From: Patescibacteria group bacterium
Lineage (GTDB): Bacteria; Patescibacteriota; UBA1384; XYA2-FULL-43-10
DNA length: 32,000 bases
Direction: 5' to 3'
Assembly (NCBI GenBank): GCA_041674405.1
Contig: JBAYVT010000006.1
Span: 25,153 to 57,152, forward strand
Part shown: one piece after another, positions 1 to 9,563 of the stretch
Position numbering within the stretch: position 1 is the first letter of the stretch
Layout: the number at the start of each line of letters is the position of its first letter
Translations under genes and position numbers: made by a program
The notes under the pieces: model-generated
Database searches by the model: none
Told to the model about the DNA's origin: nothing
The model's input: only the letters and a program-made list of their open reading frames with translations

Positions 1-791
1 GCATTGCCATCTGAATCTGTGTCAACTTCGCTTTCCCAGCCCTCGAGTATCGCTAGAGAGCCGCCTAGTTGGTCAATATTATTAACTCTTTGCCCTTCTT
101 CATCAATTAGGATACCAGACGTTAGAAATGGCTCCATTATGCCTCTATGCGATATATGGAATAAATCTATTTCCGAACCAGAATATAATTTTGAAGCCAT
201 TCGATTATGCCTTCGGTTAAAAAGTTGTGCAAAATTATATGCTGCCATTTCAGGAGACTGAAGTTGTGATAAATCCGTTTGACCCGATAGCCATTCTGCC
301 AAAATAGGTTCCTCTGCTTTCTCTGCTATTTTTTCTTGCTCATCAGGAGGTAAACTCTTAAAATTGTCTGGGTCTAGGCCCATTTCTTGCATCAGTTTGG
401 CTCGACTTTCGGTAAACTTTTTATCATATAATTCAAGAAATTCTTTCGGAAAATTAAGGGTTAGTTGTTCCCTTATGGCTATATTTCTTATTGGAACATC
501 TGGGTTTGATTCCTGGTAACCATTAAGAATGCTTTCTGCTGTCTCTCGTGTTCTTGGTGATTCACTGACGTAAGCTTTTGCACCGTGTTGGGAAGCTTCA
601 ATTCCTCCGCCAAGCTCTTTTGCTTTGGAGGCTCCTTGTTCTGAGATGCTACTTTTACTTAATGCTCCAGCAACAATAACTTCACCGCTCTGTTTTTGAG
701 CGTGTCTATTCCAATAATTTCTTATTTTAACATCTGAACCGTATTTGCGTAGAGTCTCATTTTCTGCATTAAAGTTTGGTATTTCACTCAT
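1..791 (-). CDS. Histidine phosphatase superfamily (phosphoglycerate mutase-like) protein, partial; continues past window start
   Basis: Hand translation of the minus strand from ATG at 791 gives an open frame to the window edge: MSEIPNFNAENETLRKYGSDVKIRNYWNRHAQKQSGE...AYVSESPRTRETAESIL...IDLFHISHRGIMEPFL... It has an RH motif near the N-terminus, S-x-R-T-x-E-T-A, and a late SHRG, matching the family motif order. It is not in the supplied ORF track because no stop lies in the window. Confidence 0.75.
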   Translation of the reverse strand, partial: MSEIPNFNAENETLRKYGSDVKIRNYWNRHAQKQSGEVIVAGALSKSSISEQGASKAKELGGGIEASQHGAKAYVSESPRTRETAESILNGYQESNPDVPIRNIAIREQLTLNFPKEFLELYDKKFTESRAKLMQEMGLDPDNFKSLPPDEQEKIAEKAEEPILAEWLSGQTDLSQLQSPEMAAYNFAQLFNRRHNRMASKLYSGSEIDLFHISHRGIMEPFLTSGILIDEEGQRVNNIDQLGGSLAILEGWESEVDTDSDGN

Positions 792-2290
792 AACTTTCCT
801 TTTTGAATTATTCTTACCTCACCTTTATCAGCATCAACTTCAATAATATCGCCATCTTTAATTACTTCGGTGGCAATCTTGGTTCCGATAATACAAGGAA
901 TATTTAATTCTCTTGAAACGATTGCAGCGTGCGAGTTTATTCCACCTTCGTTGGTCACTATGGCACTAGCTTTTTTAACTGCGAGGATTAACTCTGGGCC
1001 AGTGGTTTCAGTAACAAGAATTTGTCCGTTTTCCATATTGGCGATTTCTTCCTGTATTACCTGAACTTTAGTCGTTAATCTGATAAGTTTTGCCTTACCT
1101 TTTGCAAAACCAAAATTGGCCGTATTGCCTCTGAAAGCATGCAAATCACTCTCAATAACTGGTTTGACTAACCTGATTATTCCTTTTGCTTTTTCACCAG
1201 TAGCTAATTGATATGTACCACCCTCAGGAATATAAGCAAAGCTCTCTTGTCTATCTATGATTTCTTTCAGGGGAAAATTTCCTGTTTGAAAAAGTTCCTC
1301 AATTTCTTCCACAGCCATAAATTCTAACTGGTTCATTGCAATATAAAAGCGTTTGCTGATTTCTCTGAAAAGAAGAGAGATAATGCTTTCATCGCCAAAA
1401 AATGATTTATTTAAAAGTATTCGGAGCTCAAATTTCTTCTCTTGCATCTGCCTTACCACGTTCCCAAGCCAAACTATTTCAGGGGGCAGTTCCTTTTCCA
1501 GCTTCTTTTGTTCTTCTGTTAATTTAGCAGATTGGTTCACAATATCTTTAATGAAAGATTCTGATTTATCTGTATTCTGCAAATCTTCGGAGAAAAGCTC
1601 GAGCACTTCTTCAACCGTCTGGTATTTTTTGCCATCCTTGTAATTCAGAAAGCCCCACTTTTCAGCATGCGCTTTTACGAGAGAAAAACTCTTACTTTTT
1701 CTTAGTTCATCGCAGTTTTTATTAAGTATAAGCTGTTTGGTAAACCTATCATCGTTAAGTTTTAATGCGATTTTTGACCTATCGATTTTTTCTTCAGTTA
1801 ACAGATTATTTTCAGGCGGAGATGATAATAAAGCAGTCAATATGTTTGGCAAGTCTTTAGTATCAAATTTCTTTTCCAAAGCTTCGTTAATTTTTTCTTC
1901 GATTGAATCGAAAAAGAAATACTCGGTTAAGTAATAGTAATCAAGATATTCAACAATAAGAGAAATTTGCTGAGAGAAAACCTTTAAGAATTCACCCTCA
2001 GATAAAGAGCCCAAATCTAAGTTGTCAAAATCTCGAGTTAATGAAATTATCCTTTTGGTCAAGCCATCAATCTTTGCAAAAAGTTCATCTGTTTTTTCTT
2101 TGTCTGAATAGAGCTCTAGCCCTTTTTGATTTAGCTTATGTTCGTCTTCTGGTTTAGCATAATTTTCCCATACGCCATCTTGATAAATGAAGACAAAGTT
2201 GGCTTTGCCATAATCACTTTTTGCAACAAGGTCAGTGAAAGTAATGCCTGGACCAGGTGCAAATTTAAAAATAGAATTGTATTTGTTCAT
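788..2290 (-). CDS. PEP-utilizing-enzyme mobile (phosphohistidine swivel) domain protein with uncharacterised N-terminal region
   Basis: C-terminal motif TNEGGINSHAAIVSRELNIPCIIGTKIATEVIKDGDIIEVDADKGEVRI is the swivel His domain of the PEP synthase/PPDK family. The tracked ORF extends to 2401, but the internal ATG at 2290 (MNKYNSIFKFAPG) avoids overlap with the upstream response regulator. Confidence 0.75.
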   Translation of the reverse strand: MNKYNSIFKFAPGPGITFTDLVAKSDYGKANFVFIYQDGVWENYAKPEDEHKLNQKGLELYSDKEKTDELFAKIDGLTKRIISLTRDFDNLDLGSLSEGEFLKVFSQQISLIVEYLDYYYLTEYFFFDSIEEKINEALEKKFDTKDLPNILTALLSSPPENNLLTEEKIDRSKIALKLNDDRFTKQLILNKNCDELRKSKSFSLVKAHAEKWGFLNYKDGKKYQTVEEVLELFSEDLQNTDKSESFIKDIVNQSAKLTEEQKKLEKELPPEIVWLGNVVRQMQEKKFELRILLNKSFFGDESIISLLFREISKRFYIAMNQLEFMAVEEIEELFQTGNFPLKEIIDRQESFAYIPEGGTYQLATGEKAKGIIRLVKPVIESDLHAFRGNTANFGFAKGKAKLIRLTTKVQVIQEEIANMENGQILVTETTGPELILAVKKASAIVTNEGGINSHAAIVSRELNIPCIIGTKIATEVIKDGDIIEVDADKGEVRIIQKGKL

Positions 2291-2336
2291 GATTGATCGT
2301 TTGTTCTTGCTCAAATTTTCTTTTGTGAAATTAATA

Positions 2337-2699
2337 TCAGTTCTCAAGCACTTCGCTAACCTTAGAGGCGAGTTTTTCCGGTTCGAATTGGGCTTTGACA
2401 AAATACTCTTTAGCGCCGAGAGATCGGGCTTTGTCGGCTGAAGCCTCCTCTGGAAGATTTGTGAGCATCATTACCGGAATTGAAGATGTTTCTTTGTTGT
2501 CTTTCAGTTTTTCTAGCACGTCGAGACCGTTTTCTTGGGGCATAATTATATCAAGAAGAATTAAATCCGGCATTTCTTTCTCCGCCGCCTCTAGTGCTTC
2601 GATGCCATTTCCCGCGGTTATTACTTCGTGTCCAGTCAGCGCTTCCCCATACATTCGAAGGATTGGTTCTTCGTCATCAACTATTAAGATCTTTGCCAT
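2337..2699 (-). CDS. Stand-alone response regulator receiver (CheY-like) protein
   Basis: MAKILIVDDEEPILRMYGEALT...DLILLDIIMPQENGLDVLEKL...MLTN...GAKEYFVKAQF; receiver-domain DD, phospho-acceptor D, T and K positions present; no output domain. Confidence 0.9.
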   Translation of the reverse strand: MAKILIVDDEEPILRMYGEALTGHEVITAGNGIEALEAAEKEMPDLILLDIIMPQENGLDVLEKLKDNKETSSIPVMMLTNLPEEASADKARSLGAKEYFVKAQFEPEKLASKVSEVLEN

Positions 2700-4008
2700 T
2701 AGTCTCCTTTGTCCTTTTAGGAATATTGATTAAAATTTTGGTGCCTTTTTTGGGCTTACTTTCGATATTTAATGTGCCGCCGTGTTTTTCAATGATGGTC
2801 TTGGCAATATAAACGCCAAGGCCCGTACCTTTGTTATCGATATTTATTGCTTCTTGTGTCCGGTAAAATTTTTCCCCGATTTTAAGAAGCGCATCTTGCG
2901 GAATGCCAATTCCATTATCAGAAACGATTATATCAACTGAAATTTTCTTGTCGATAACTTCGACTGAAACTTTGCCACCCGGGGCGTATTTGATCGCATT
3001 ATCCATGAAGTTAATAATTGCCTGGCCCAATTTTTCGCCATCAGCAAAAATAATTAAATTTTTATCAATTTCAGAAAGGGTAAGGGTAACTTTCGATTCT
3101 TCCGCCTTAGATTCTAAATCTTTGATGATTTTATGCATCAAGTCTGACATATTAACATCTTCAAGGTTTAATTTGATCTTCTCTTGCTCGATTCTTGAAA
3201 TGGACAAAAGGTTATTGGTCAGTAAAACCATTTTTTCGGTCGAACTATGAATTTCTTTTATAAATTCCGCTTGTTTTGTGCTGAGTTTCCCTTCTTTGCC
3301 AGAAATTAATAGAGAGGAGTAACCGCGGATTATTGAAAGAGGAGTATTTAGCTGGTGAGAAGTTACAGCAATAAATTCTTTATCTCTTTCAGTGAGCGCT
3401 TTTTCATATGAAACATCACGGATAACGGCAAGCGATTTTACTTTTCCGTCATTTTCGCGAATCAACGCGAAGCTTGCCTCAATGTCCGCATTTTCGCCAT
3501 CTTTTGTCACGATTCTATTTTTCACGTAAGGATCGGTTCTTTTAACTTGTGGGCTTGTGAACATCAAATCTGGCAAAAGTGAGCTATTTTTTTCAGCATG
3601 AAATTTCAGAAGATTTTGGGCGAGATGCCCAAGCGCTTCTTCTTTTTTGTAGCCGGTGATTTTCTCCATGCCCGGAGAAAAATCCTCTATTCGTTGTTCA
3701 TCGTCAAGCACCAATATTCCATCAGCAGAATTGTTAAATACGAGGTCGAGTGTTTTTTGGCGATTATTAATTTCTCGTTGTTTTTCGATAAGTTCCTCAG
3801 TTTTTCTCTGAGATTCTTCATAAAGAGAACGATTGTTGAGGTAGAAGAACACGGCAGCAAGTGTACCACCGATCAAAACGTATTGAAGCAAAGAAGATGC
3901 CCTGAATGCATCAAAGCGCATAAGTATATAAATCGTCGACAGAATAAATAAAACCCAAAAAATGGCTTCTATCGAACGTAAGAAATTATGCTTTCGTTTT
4001 TTTGGCAT
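2677..4008 (-). CDS. PAS-domain membrane sensor histidine kinase
   Basis: Two N-terminal hydrophobic segments, PAS-like region (LDLVFNNSADGILVLDDEQRIEDFSPGMEKITGY), HisKA (FIAVTSHQLNTPLSIIRGYSSLL), HATPase (QAIINFMDNAIKYAPGG...VSDNGIGIP...GTGLGVYIAKTIIEKHGG). SD GGAGGGAA before ATG. Overlaps the response regulator by 23 nt. Confidence 0.92.
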   Translation of the reverse strand: MPKKRKHNFLRSIEAIFWVLFILSTIYILMRFDAFRASSLLQYVLIGGTLAAVFFYLNNRSLYEESQRKTEELIEKQREINNRQKTLDLVFNNSADGILVLDDEQRIEDFSPGMEKITGYKKEEALGHLAQNLLKFHAEKNSSLLPDLMFTSPQVKRTDPYVKNRIVTKDGENADIEASFALIRENDGKVKSLAVIRDVSYEKALTERDKEFIAVTSHQLNTPLSIIRGYSSLLISGKEGKLSTKQAEFIKEIHSSTEKMVLLTNNLLSISRIEQEKIKLNLEDVNMSDLMHKIIKDLESKAEESKVTLTLSEIDKNLIIFADGEKLGQAIINFMDNAIKYAPGGKVSVEVIDKKISVDIIVSDNGIGIPQDALLKIGEKFYRTQEAINIDNKGTGLGVYIAKTIIEKHGGTLNIESKPKKGTKILINIPKRTKETNGKDLNS

Positions 4009-4095
4009 TTCCCTCCATAAGTATTATAATAAAATTAGTCCATAAAGTCGAAAGTCTATAAAGTTTGTAAAGTCAAACCGGAGAACAAATGGCTG

Positions 4096-5145
4096 ATGAA
4101 GAGGGTTAAGCAAGGAGCCAACGTGAAGTTGAGTGGTTTACTTCGAGTAAAATCGAGAGGATCTGCAATTATCATTGCGTTCTTTCTGATGGCGGCGATA
4201 GGCGGTATTGCTTTTGCTATAGGCAGGATTTTTATTCTTGATACTTCTATTTCATCTTTGTATGAAAATGGAACAGTTGCTTACTATGCTGCTGAATCTG
4301 GAATTGAGGAAGGTATGTTGCGTTACCGTTACAACATGAACTATCAAGTGCCTGATGGGACGTCGAATGTTCGAAGATACAATCTAAGCAATGCAAGATT
4401 GAATAAATTAAGTACCGATCCTGTAGCGACATTAATCCCAAACAGCGAAAAGAAATTTTATGATTTGAATGCGATTTACAAGGCAAAATTCTATGGTGAT
4501 ACTGACAGAGAGGACGGTTCTTTTAATCTGCAGTTTTTCGAAAGTGACCAGTATGGTAAAAATGGCGATGCAAAGGTTTTCCGAATCCCACGCGATGAAA
4601 GCATAAAAATTGATATCAGTAATTTTGTCGGTTCCGGAAGCAATGATATGGACATGTATCTAAAAATGGATAATTTTGACGGACAGGATAATGGAAATTC
4701 TGATCCAGCGGACAAAACGCTGATAGAAGTGAAGGTGACCGGCACTTTTGGATCTGAACAAACAAAAACTTTTCTTGAGCGTAAAAAAGCGCTTGTTACT
4801 CCGACTACTGCTATTCCGATAGCGGATACCACCTCGAGGGTTATGCTTGCGCCAATGTTGTCACCAGTATGTAGGTATTGCTACTCTAAGGCTAACATTA
4901 TTTCATCGGTAGCAGAATCTTCACTTGCAGTTAGTAACAAGGCAGAATTATCAATCAAGCCGGTTGGCTCCGACATTTATATCGCGCTAATACCAAGAAA
5001 TAGTAGAAAAATGGCTTCACCCTGGACGACTGTAAAATCAACCGGATATTTTGGTAACGCGGCCAGAACTCTCACGGCAAATATTGACCGCCAAAGTGGT
5101 ACCGTTTATGATTTATTTGACTTCGTGGTCTACAAACACAATTAG
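4096..5145 (+). CDS. PilX-like type IV pilus accessory/pseudopilin-related protein
   Basis: N-terminus KSRGSAIIIAFFLMAAIGGIAFAIGRIFILDTSISSLYENGTVAYYAAESGIEEGMLRYRYN: hydrophobic helix followed by the 'AxYAAESGIEE' pattern typical of PilX_N proteins. The exact start codon is uncertain. Confidence 0.65.
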   Translation: MKRVKQGANVKLSGLLRVKSRGSAIIIAFFLMAAIGGIAFAIGRIFILDTSISSLYENGTVAYYAAESGIEEGMLRYRYNMNYQVPDGTSNVRRYNLSNARLNKLSTDPVATLIPNSEKKFYDLNAIYKAKFYGDTDREDGSFNLQFFESDQYGKNGDAKVFRIPRDESIKIDISNFVGSGSNDMDMYLKMDNFDGQDNGNSDPADKTLIEVKVTGTFGSEQTKTFLERKKALVTPTTAIPIADTTSRVMLAPMLSPVCRYCYSKANIISSVAESSLAVSNKAELSIKPVGSDIYIALIPRNSRKMASPWTTVKSTGYFGNAARTLTANIDRQSGTVYDLFDFVVYKHN

Positions 5146-5196
5146 TGTATAATATTAACCAATAACTAATAACTTAAATTTGTTTGTGGAGGAGAT

Positions 5197-5604
5197 ATGC
5201 CGGAGAGTAAAACAATAATGGTGGTTGATGATGATTTAACTCTTCGTGAAATGTACGAAGAGAGATTAAAGGCAGAAGGATTTGTCGTTACTGGCGCTGC
5301 CGATGGCGAGGAGGCTTACAAAAAAGCGCAAGAGGAACATCCAAGCTTAATTATTCTTGACATTATGATGCCAAAATTAAATGGCATAGATACTTTGAAA
5401 AAGCTTCGAGCAGACGACAAAACTCAAGATATTCCTGTAATTATTTTAACTGCGCTGGTACAAGAGATAGACAAAATCAAGGAAATGATGCGCCCAAATG
5501 ATTCATACCTTGTAAAATCCGAAGAAATGCCAAAAGATGTCGTCTCTAAAGTCTATATGGCTTTAAATGAAGGCGAAGCAAAAAAAGAAGAGGAAAAAGA
5601 ATAG
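5197..5604 (+). CDS. Stand-alone response regulator receiver (CheY-like) protein
   Basis: MPESKTIMVVDDDLTLREMYEERLKAEGF...LIILDIMMPKLNGIDTLKKLR...VIILTAL...YLVKSEE; SD GGAGGAG upstream. Confidence 0.9.
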   Translation: MPESKTIMVVDDDLTLREMYEERLKAEGFVVTGAADGEEAYKKAQEEHPSLIILDIMMPKLNGIDTLKKLRADDKTQDIPVIILTALVQEIDKIKEMMRPNDSYLVKSEEMPKDVVSKVYMALNEGEAKKEEEKE

Positions 5605-5649
5605 CACTACCACGATTTAGTCCACAGATTAACACAGATAATTCATATG

Positions 5650-5677
5650 AAAAATCAGCCCTCGAGGGCTGATTTTT
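5650..5677. terminator. Perfectly palindromic intrinsic terminator between convergent genes, probably bidirectional
   Basis: AAAAATCAGCCCTC|GAGGGCTGATTTTT, 14+14 nt perfect inverted repeat with T-run on + and A-run on the other side. Confidence 0.85.
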
Positions 5678-5720
5678 CTTTCTACAGACTAAGGACTACC
5701 AAATACGAACTAATCACTAA

Positions 5721-5978
5721 TCACTGAACAGGGACAAATGGATTATCGCGCCCATATCCGGCTTCGGTTGCGGTAACCTTCTGTCCATAATCTTTAATTT
5801 CCGTGAGTGATTTGAATTGATCGGTTTTAAGTTCAACATCTTCATTATTGCTTGTTGTCGCGGTATCACTATTTTTCATTAGGCTGGAATAGACAAAATA
5901 GCCCAATACAATACCGGCTAGCACTACGATGCAAACTGCGTATACTGATATTTTCTTTCCATCAAAACTATTTGCCAT
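5721..5978 (-). CDS. Small single-TM protein in the PilP position of the pilus cluster
   Basis: One N-terminal hydrophobic helix (ISVYAVCIVVLAGIVLGYFVYSSL) and a C-terminal GRDNPFVPV motif, as in pilus alignment proteins; overlaps the pilO stop-side neighbour. Confidence 0.55.
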   Translation of the reverse strand: MANSFDGKKISVYAVCIVVLAGIVLGYFVYSSLMKNSDTATTSNNEDVELKTDQFKSLTEIKDYGQKVTATEAGYGRDNPFVPVQ

Positions 5979-6600
5979 AATAAATGTTTCCTTTCAAATC
6001 AAATTGAAGCGTGCCGGCATCAACTGAATAACCGGAAATATTTACTGAGCTTAATGATGTGAACCGGGGAAATGATGCAATTTTCTGTAAAAAAGTTTTA
6101 AATCCTGGATAGGTTGTTTTAAAGGACGTAGAAAAGGGGATTCCGGTGCCAGAGTTCTTGGCTGTTGAGGTTGCTGCGGATGGTGTGGAACTAGTGCTTT
6201 CGGAGCTAGTTTTGTTTGCACTTGTGGTTTTTTCGTCCTCTTGGACCGGAGTAGCTTTTTTGGCTACTGGCTCGGTGATAGTGAGGGTGGGAAAAACAAT
6301 TGATAAATCGGTACCGAGAGCCTCCATTTGCACAACGAAATCGCTTGAATTTTGAGTATCTGGCAATAGATTCTTAACTGTTTTTTCTACGCTATCGAGA
6401 TCAGTTTTGTTTTTACTGTATTTACTTAGGTTTGAAATTGCCTCTTCATCTTTGGCAAGCTTGGCATTATTTTGTTCCAAGGCAATACGATTGCTTTTGA
6501 GCTCGTTAATTTTGGGTATGATACCAAAAATAATCACAGCTGCAATTAACAACACATATATTGAAAGAACATAATAGGATTTTGGAATTGAAAATTTCAT
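5968..6600 (-). CDS. pilO: PilO-like type IV pilus inner-membrane protein
   Basis: N-terminal TM, coiled-coil (LKSNRIALEQNNAKLAKDEEAISNLSKY), ferredoxin-like domain region; gene order pilM-N-O. Confidence 0.75.
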   Translation of the reverse strand: MKFSIPKSYYVLSIYVLLIAAVIIFGIIPKINELKSNRIALEQNNAKLAKDEEAISNLSKYSKNKTDLDSVEKTVKNLLPDTQNSSDFVVQMEALGTDLSIVFPTLTITEPVAKKATPVQEDEKTTSANKTSSESTSSTPSAATSTAKNSGTGIPFSTSFKTTYPGFKTFLQKIASFPRFTSLSSVNISGYSVDAGTLQFDLKGNIYYGK

Positions 6601-7136
6601 TTTTTGAATACTCCGGTAAGTGAAAAAGTGAATGTGTTAGCAGTACTATCAAGAACGGAGGAGCCAAAAGCCACATTGGAGAAATAGTCGGAATCTTCAA
6701 GCTTGGTTTGCAACATTACTATTTCTCTTCTTGAAGGGGCAATGCCCGAAAGCGTAAGCTTTGTAGAAGCGCTATCTGTTTGCAGGGAGGTGATTTGAAT
6801 TTTCTCAGGGACTGCCGCATCGAATTTTTGAAGAACATCAGTCCAATCAGTGCTCTGGGTTTTTAAAGTATTAAGCCTCGCTAATTTACTATTTATGGAT
6901 GTAATCCGGTCCTCGATATCTTTGTAAGATTTTAGTTTAAATTCAGCATCAGCAACGCTTTGGTTTGAGATGGCCAGTTCGTTCCTCATAAAATTATCTG
7001 TAGCCCAAATAGCGCCATATACTATAAGAAGCATGACTAGAACTGCAAAAAGGGAAGTCGAGATAAGACTAACGACTCTTTTTGTCTGTTGGTTTTTTTT
7101 GATTCTGGGTGGTATGAGATTGATCGTCGCCATCAT
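6597..7136 (-). CDS. pilN: PilN-like type IV pilus assembly protein
   Basis: MMATINLIPPRIKK opening, single TM, coiled coil, 'ITSLQTDSASTKLTLSGIAPSRREIVMLQTKLEDSDYFSNV' typical of PilN/Fimbrial assembly; 4-nt overlaps with neighbours. Confidence 0.85.
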   Translation of the reverse strand: MMATINLIPPRIKKNQQTKRVVSLISTSLFAVLVMLLIVYGAIWATDNFMRNELAISNQSVADAEFKLKSYKDIEDRITSINSKLARLNTLKTQSTDWTDVLQKFDAAVPEKIQITSLQTDSASTKLTLSGIAPSRREIVMLQTKLEDSDYFSNVAFGSSVLDSTANTFTFSLTGVFKK

Positions 7137-8140
7137 ACGCTCCTTATTGCTAAACCAAATGCGGTGATAAACCGGGGTGTTATCTCGATGTTTGTCTTAA
7201 ATTTTGGTTTAGCAATCACGGCTTTTATTTTTATGGCATCAGAAAAATATTTCTCGATGTCTTTAATTTCAGAGCCGCTACCGGAGAGTTTAATCTCGGA
7301 AATATCACCTGGCTTATAATCTCGATTTTGGTGATATTTTATTGCTTCAAAAATTTCATCAATGACTTCTCCAAAAATAGAGTCAAGAATTGGTTTTGTT
7401 TCCGCATTAATATTTATCTCAGATATATTTTTTAACCCCGGTATTGTTCCAGACATTGTCTCTAGTATCTTGTTCTTGCCGAGGGAGGCGGTGGTAGCAA
7501 GCCTGATTTCGCCCCTGTCCCAGACAGAAATACGTGATACTTCGGAACCGATACACACGATCACAAATGCTTGATTGGATTTGTCGGGAATAACTGCTCT
7601 GCCGATTGCAATCGGTTTGGTTTCAAGTGCAGCCAGCTCTAGATTGGCCATTTTTGCCATTTCCACGTAATCATCAACCAGTTTTTTAGGCGCAGCAGCC
7701 ACAAGAACATCCGTGATAGGTTCATCCGGATGATCAATTAGGATTTGATAATCAATGTAAACTTCAGATATTGGAATTGGCAGATACTGGGCTGCTTCAT
7801 TTGGGATCGCAACGGCAAGTTCGCGGTCAGGCATTTTTGGCAGCTGAATAGTTTTTGAAAACACGAATGTTTCCGGGAGGGTGGAGACAATTCGAGTTGC
7901 TTTGATTTCATGAGGTTTGGCTTTGCGGCGAGCTTCCTTGATCATATTGGCTGCCGCCGTTTTGTCTTTGATCCTGTCTTTTTCGAGAATTCTCTCTGTT
8001 AGAGGATATTCACAAGTACCAACAACCTTGACATTGTTTCCATGCCTCACAATTTCGCATAAATTTAAAGTTTCGTAACCGATGTCGAGGCCAAATACCC
8101 TGCCGAAATCGCCACCGGAAAAAAATCCAGCCACGCCCAC
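7133..8140 (-). CDS. pilM: PilM-like actin-fold type IV pilus assembly protein
   Basis: VFGLDIGYETLNLCEI, AIPNEAAQYLPIPISEVYIDYQIL, VLVAAAPKKLVDDYVEMAKMANLELAALETKPIAIGRA; adjacent to pilN. Confidence 0.88.
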   Translation of the reverse strand: MGVAGFFSGGDFGRVFGLDIGYETLNLCEIVRHGNNVKVVGTCEYPLTERILEKDRIKDKTAAANMIKEARRKAKPHEIKATRIVSTLPETFVFSKTIQLPKMPDRELAVAIPNEAAQYLPIPISEVYIDYQILIDHPDEPITDVLVAAAPKKLVDDYVEMAKMANLELAALETKPIAIGRAVIPDKSNQAFVIVCIGSEVSRISVWDRGEIRLATTASLGKNKILETMSGTIPGLKNISEININAETKPILDSIFGEVIDEIFEAIKYHQNRDYKPGDISEIKLSGSGSEIKDIEKYFSDAIKIKAVIAKPKFKTNIEITPRFITAFGLAIRSV

Positions 8141-8225
8141 TCCTTTTTTAGTCCGTAGTCAGTAGTTTGTCTATAGGGCAATCCACTAAGGACTAAGGAC
8201 TACTTGCTACTGACTATTTTTAATT

Positions 8226-9440
8226 TTACATCACATTCACTAAGCCGTAAATCGGCTGCAGAACCGACATGATTATTAAGCCGATACCAGCACCCATTAC
8301 AATCATCAAAATCGGCTCTAGCAAAGTGGAAAGGTTATTGGTGATATTTTCTACATCTTTATCAAAGAAATTAGCCATGCTTTCGAATACTTTATCCATG
8401 CTGCCGGATTTCTCGCCGACGGAGGCAAGCTGGCCAATGATAGCGGGGAATAGCTTGGATTCTTTAAGTACTTTTGAAACCGATTGTCCAACTTCAACTT
8501 TTTTGATCATTCGATCCAGCTCTTCTTCATAGAGCACATTACCGATTACTCTTTTCGATGTCTCAAAAATATCAAGCAGGGGAAGGCCGGCGGAAGTTAA
8601 TCCAGCAAACGTTCGCGTGAATTTGGCCATATATGTTTTTTTGAATAAATTACCAAGAACCGGAATATGCAACTTCATGCTGTCAAAAAGATGCCGACCC
8701 TCTTTGGTTTTTGCAAAATAACTTATAAGAACCGATAATATCGCGATACCAATGACGATCCAAATAATGTTGTTTTTGAGAAAAAAGGATATGGCAACGA
8801 TAGCTCTTGTGAGAGCGGGCAAGGGAGCCCCGGCATCATCGAAAATTAGTTTTAACTGGGGTATGATTACAATCAAAATTACTGCCATTACAACAATCAA
8901 GGTAATCATTACGAAGATGGGATAAACCATCGCCCCGCGTAACTTGGATGAAATTTCATAATCCTTTTCAAGCTGCACTGTTAAGCCATCTAAGACTGAG
9001 TCAAGTTTGCCTGATTTTTCACCTGATTTGACGGTATTGACGTAAACTTCGGAAAAAGAGTCCGGAAATTTTGCCATCGCATCTGAAAGCTGGGTGCCCC
9101 CTTTGACATCGTTGATAATTTCGCCAATTTCTTTTGCAAATTTCTTATTCGATACCTCTCCTTTCAGTGCGTCAAGGGCATCAACGACAGAGAGGCCGGA
9201 CTTTATCATTACGGCAAGCTGCTGCGTTAAAATGATTTTGTCCTTAAGGCTGGTTTTGCCTGATAAGAATGAAAAGACCGATTTTCTGCCATTTTCGGAG
9301 TCTATTTTTGAAATGAACAAGCCGTTATCGCGAAGTGCTAAAATCGCCCCGGCCTCATCTGCCGATTCGATTTCCCCCTTAACTATTTCTCCTTCGCCAT
9401 TTCTGGCCTGATATTTGAAACGCATTTGGTCTCCGGCCAA
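8226..9440 (-). CDS. pilC: Type IV pilus inner-membrane platform protein (type II secretion system F family)
   Basis: FKYQARNGEGEIVKGEIESADEAGAILALRDNGLFI; LTQQLAVMIKSGLSVVDALDAL; FTRTFAGLTSAGLPLLDIFETSKRVIGN; C-terminal EPILMIVMGAGIGLIIMSVLQPIY. Confidence 0.93.
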   Translation of the reverse strand: MAGDQMRFKYQARNGEGEIVKGEIESADEAGAILALRDNGLFISKIDSENGRKSVFSFLSGKTSLKDKIILTQQLAVMIKSGLSVVDALDALKGEVSNKKFAKEIGEIINDVKGGTQLSDAMAKFPDSFSEVYVNTVKSGEKSGKLDSVLDGLTVQLEKDYEISSKLRGAMVYPIFVMITLIVVMAVILIVIIPQLKLIFDDAGAPLPALTRAIVAISFFLKNNIIWIVIGIAILSVLISYFAKTKEGRHLFDSMKLHIPVLGNLFKKTYMAKFTRTFAGLTSAGLPLLDIFETSKRVIGNVLYEEELDRMIKKVEVGQSVSKVLKESKLFPAIIGQLASVGEKSGSMDKVFESMANFFDKDVENITNNLSTLLEPILMIVMGAGIGLIIMSVLQPIYGLVNVM

Positions 9441-9563
9441 TATAATCTGAAATTACTTCACAGAATCTTTACACAGAATGGTACAGAATTAATTACCAGA
9501 ATTTTTATTTAATAACGCAGAATTTATTTCTGTGATTTTCTGTGGGCTATTCTTCTGTGACCG

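Noticed and set aside
4-261. Plus-strand 85-aa ORF at window start
   Set aside because: It is antisense to the histidine-phosphatase-like frame, which shows family motifs; the plus frame is low-information Ser/Pro/Leu.
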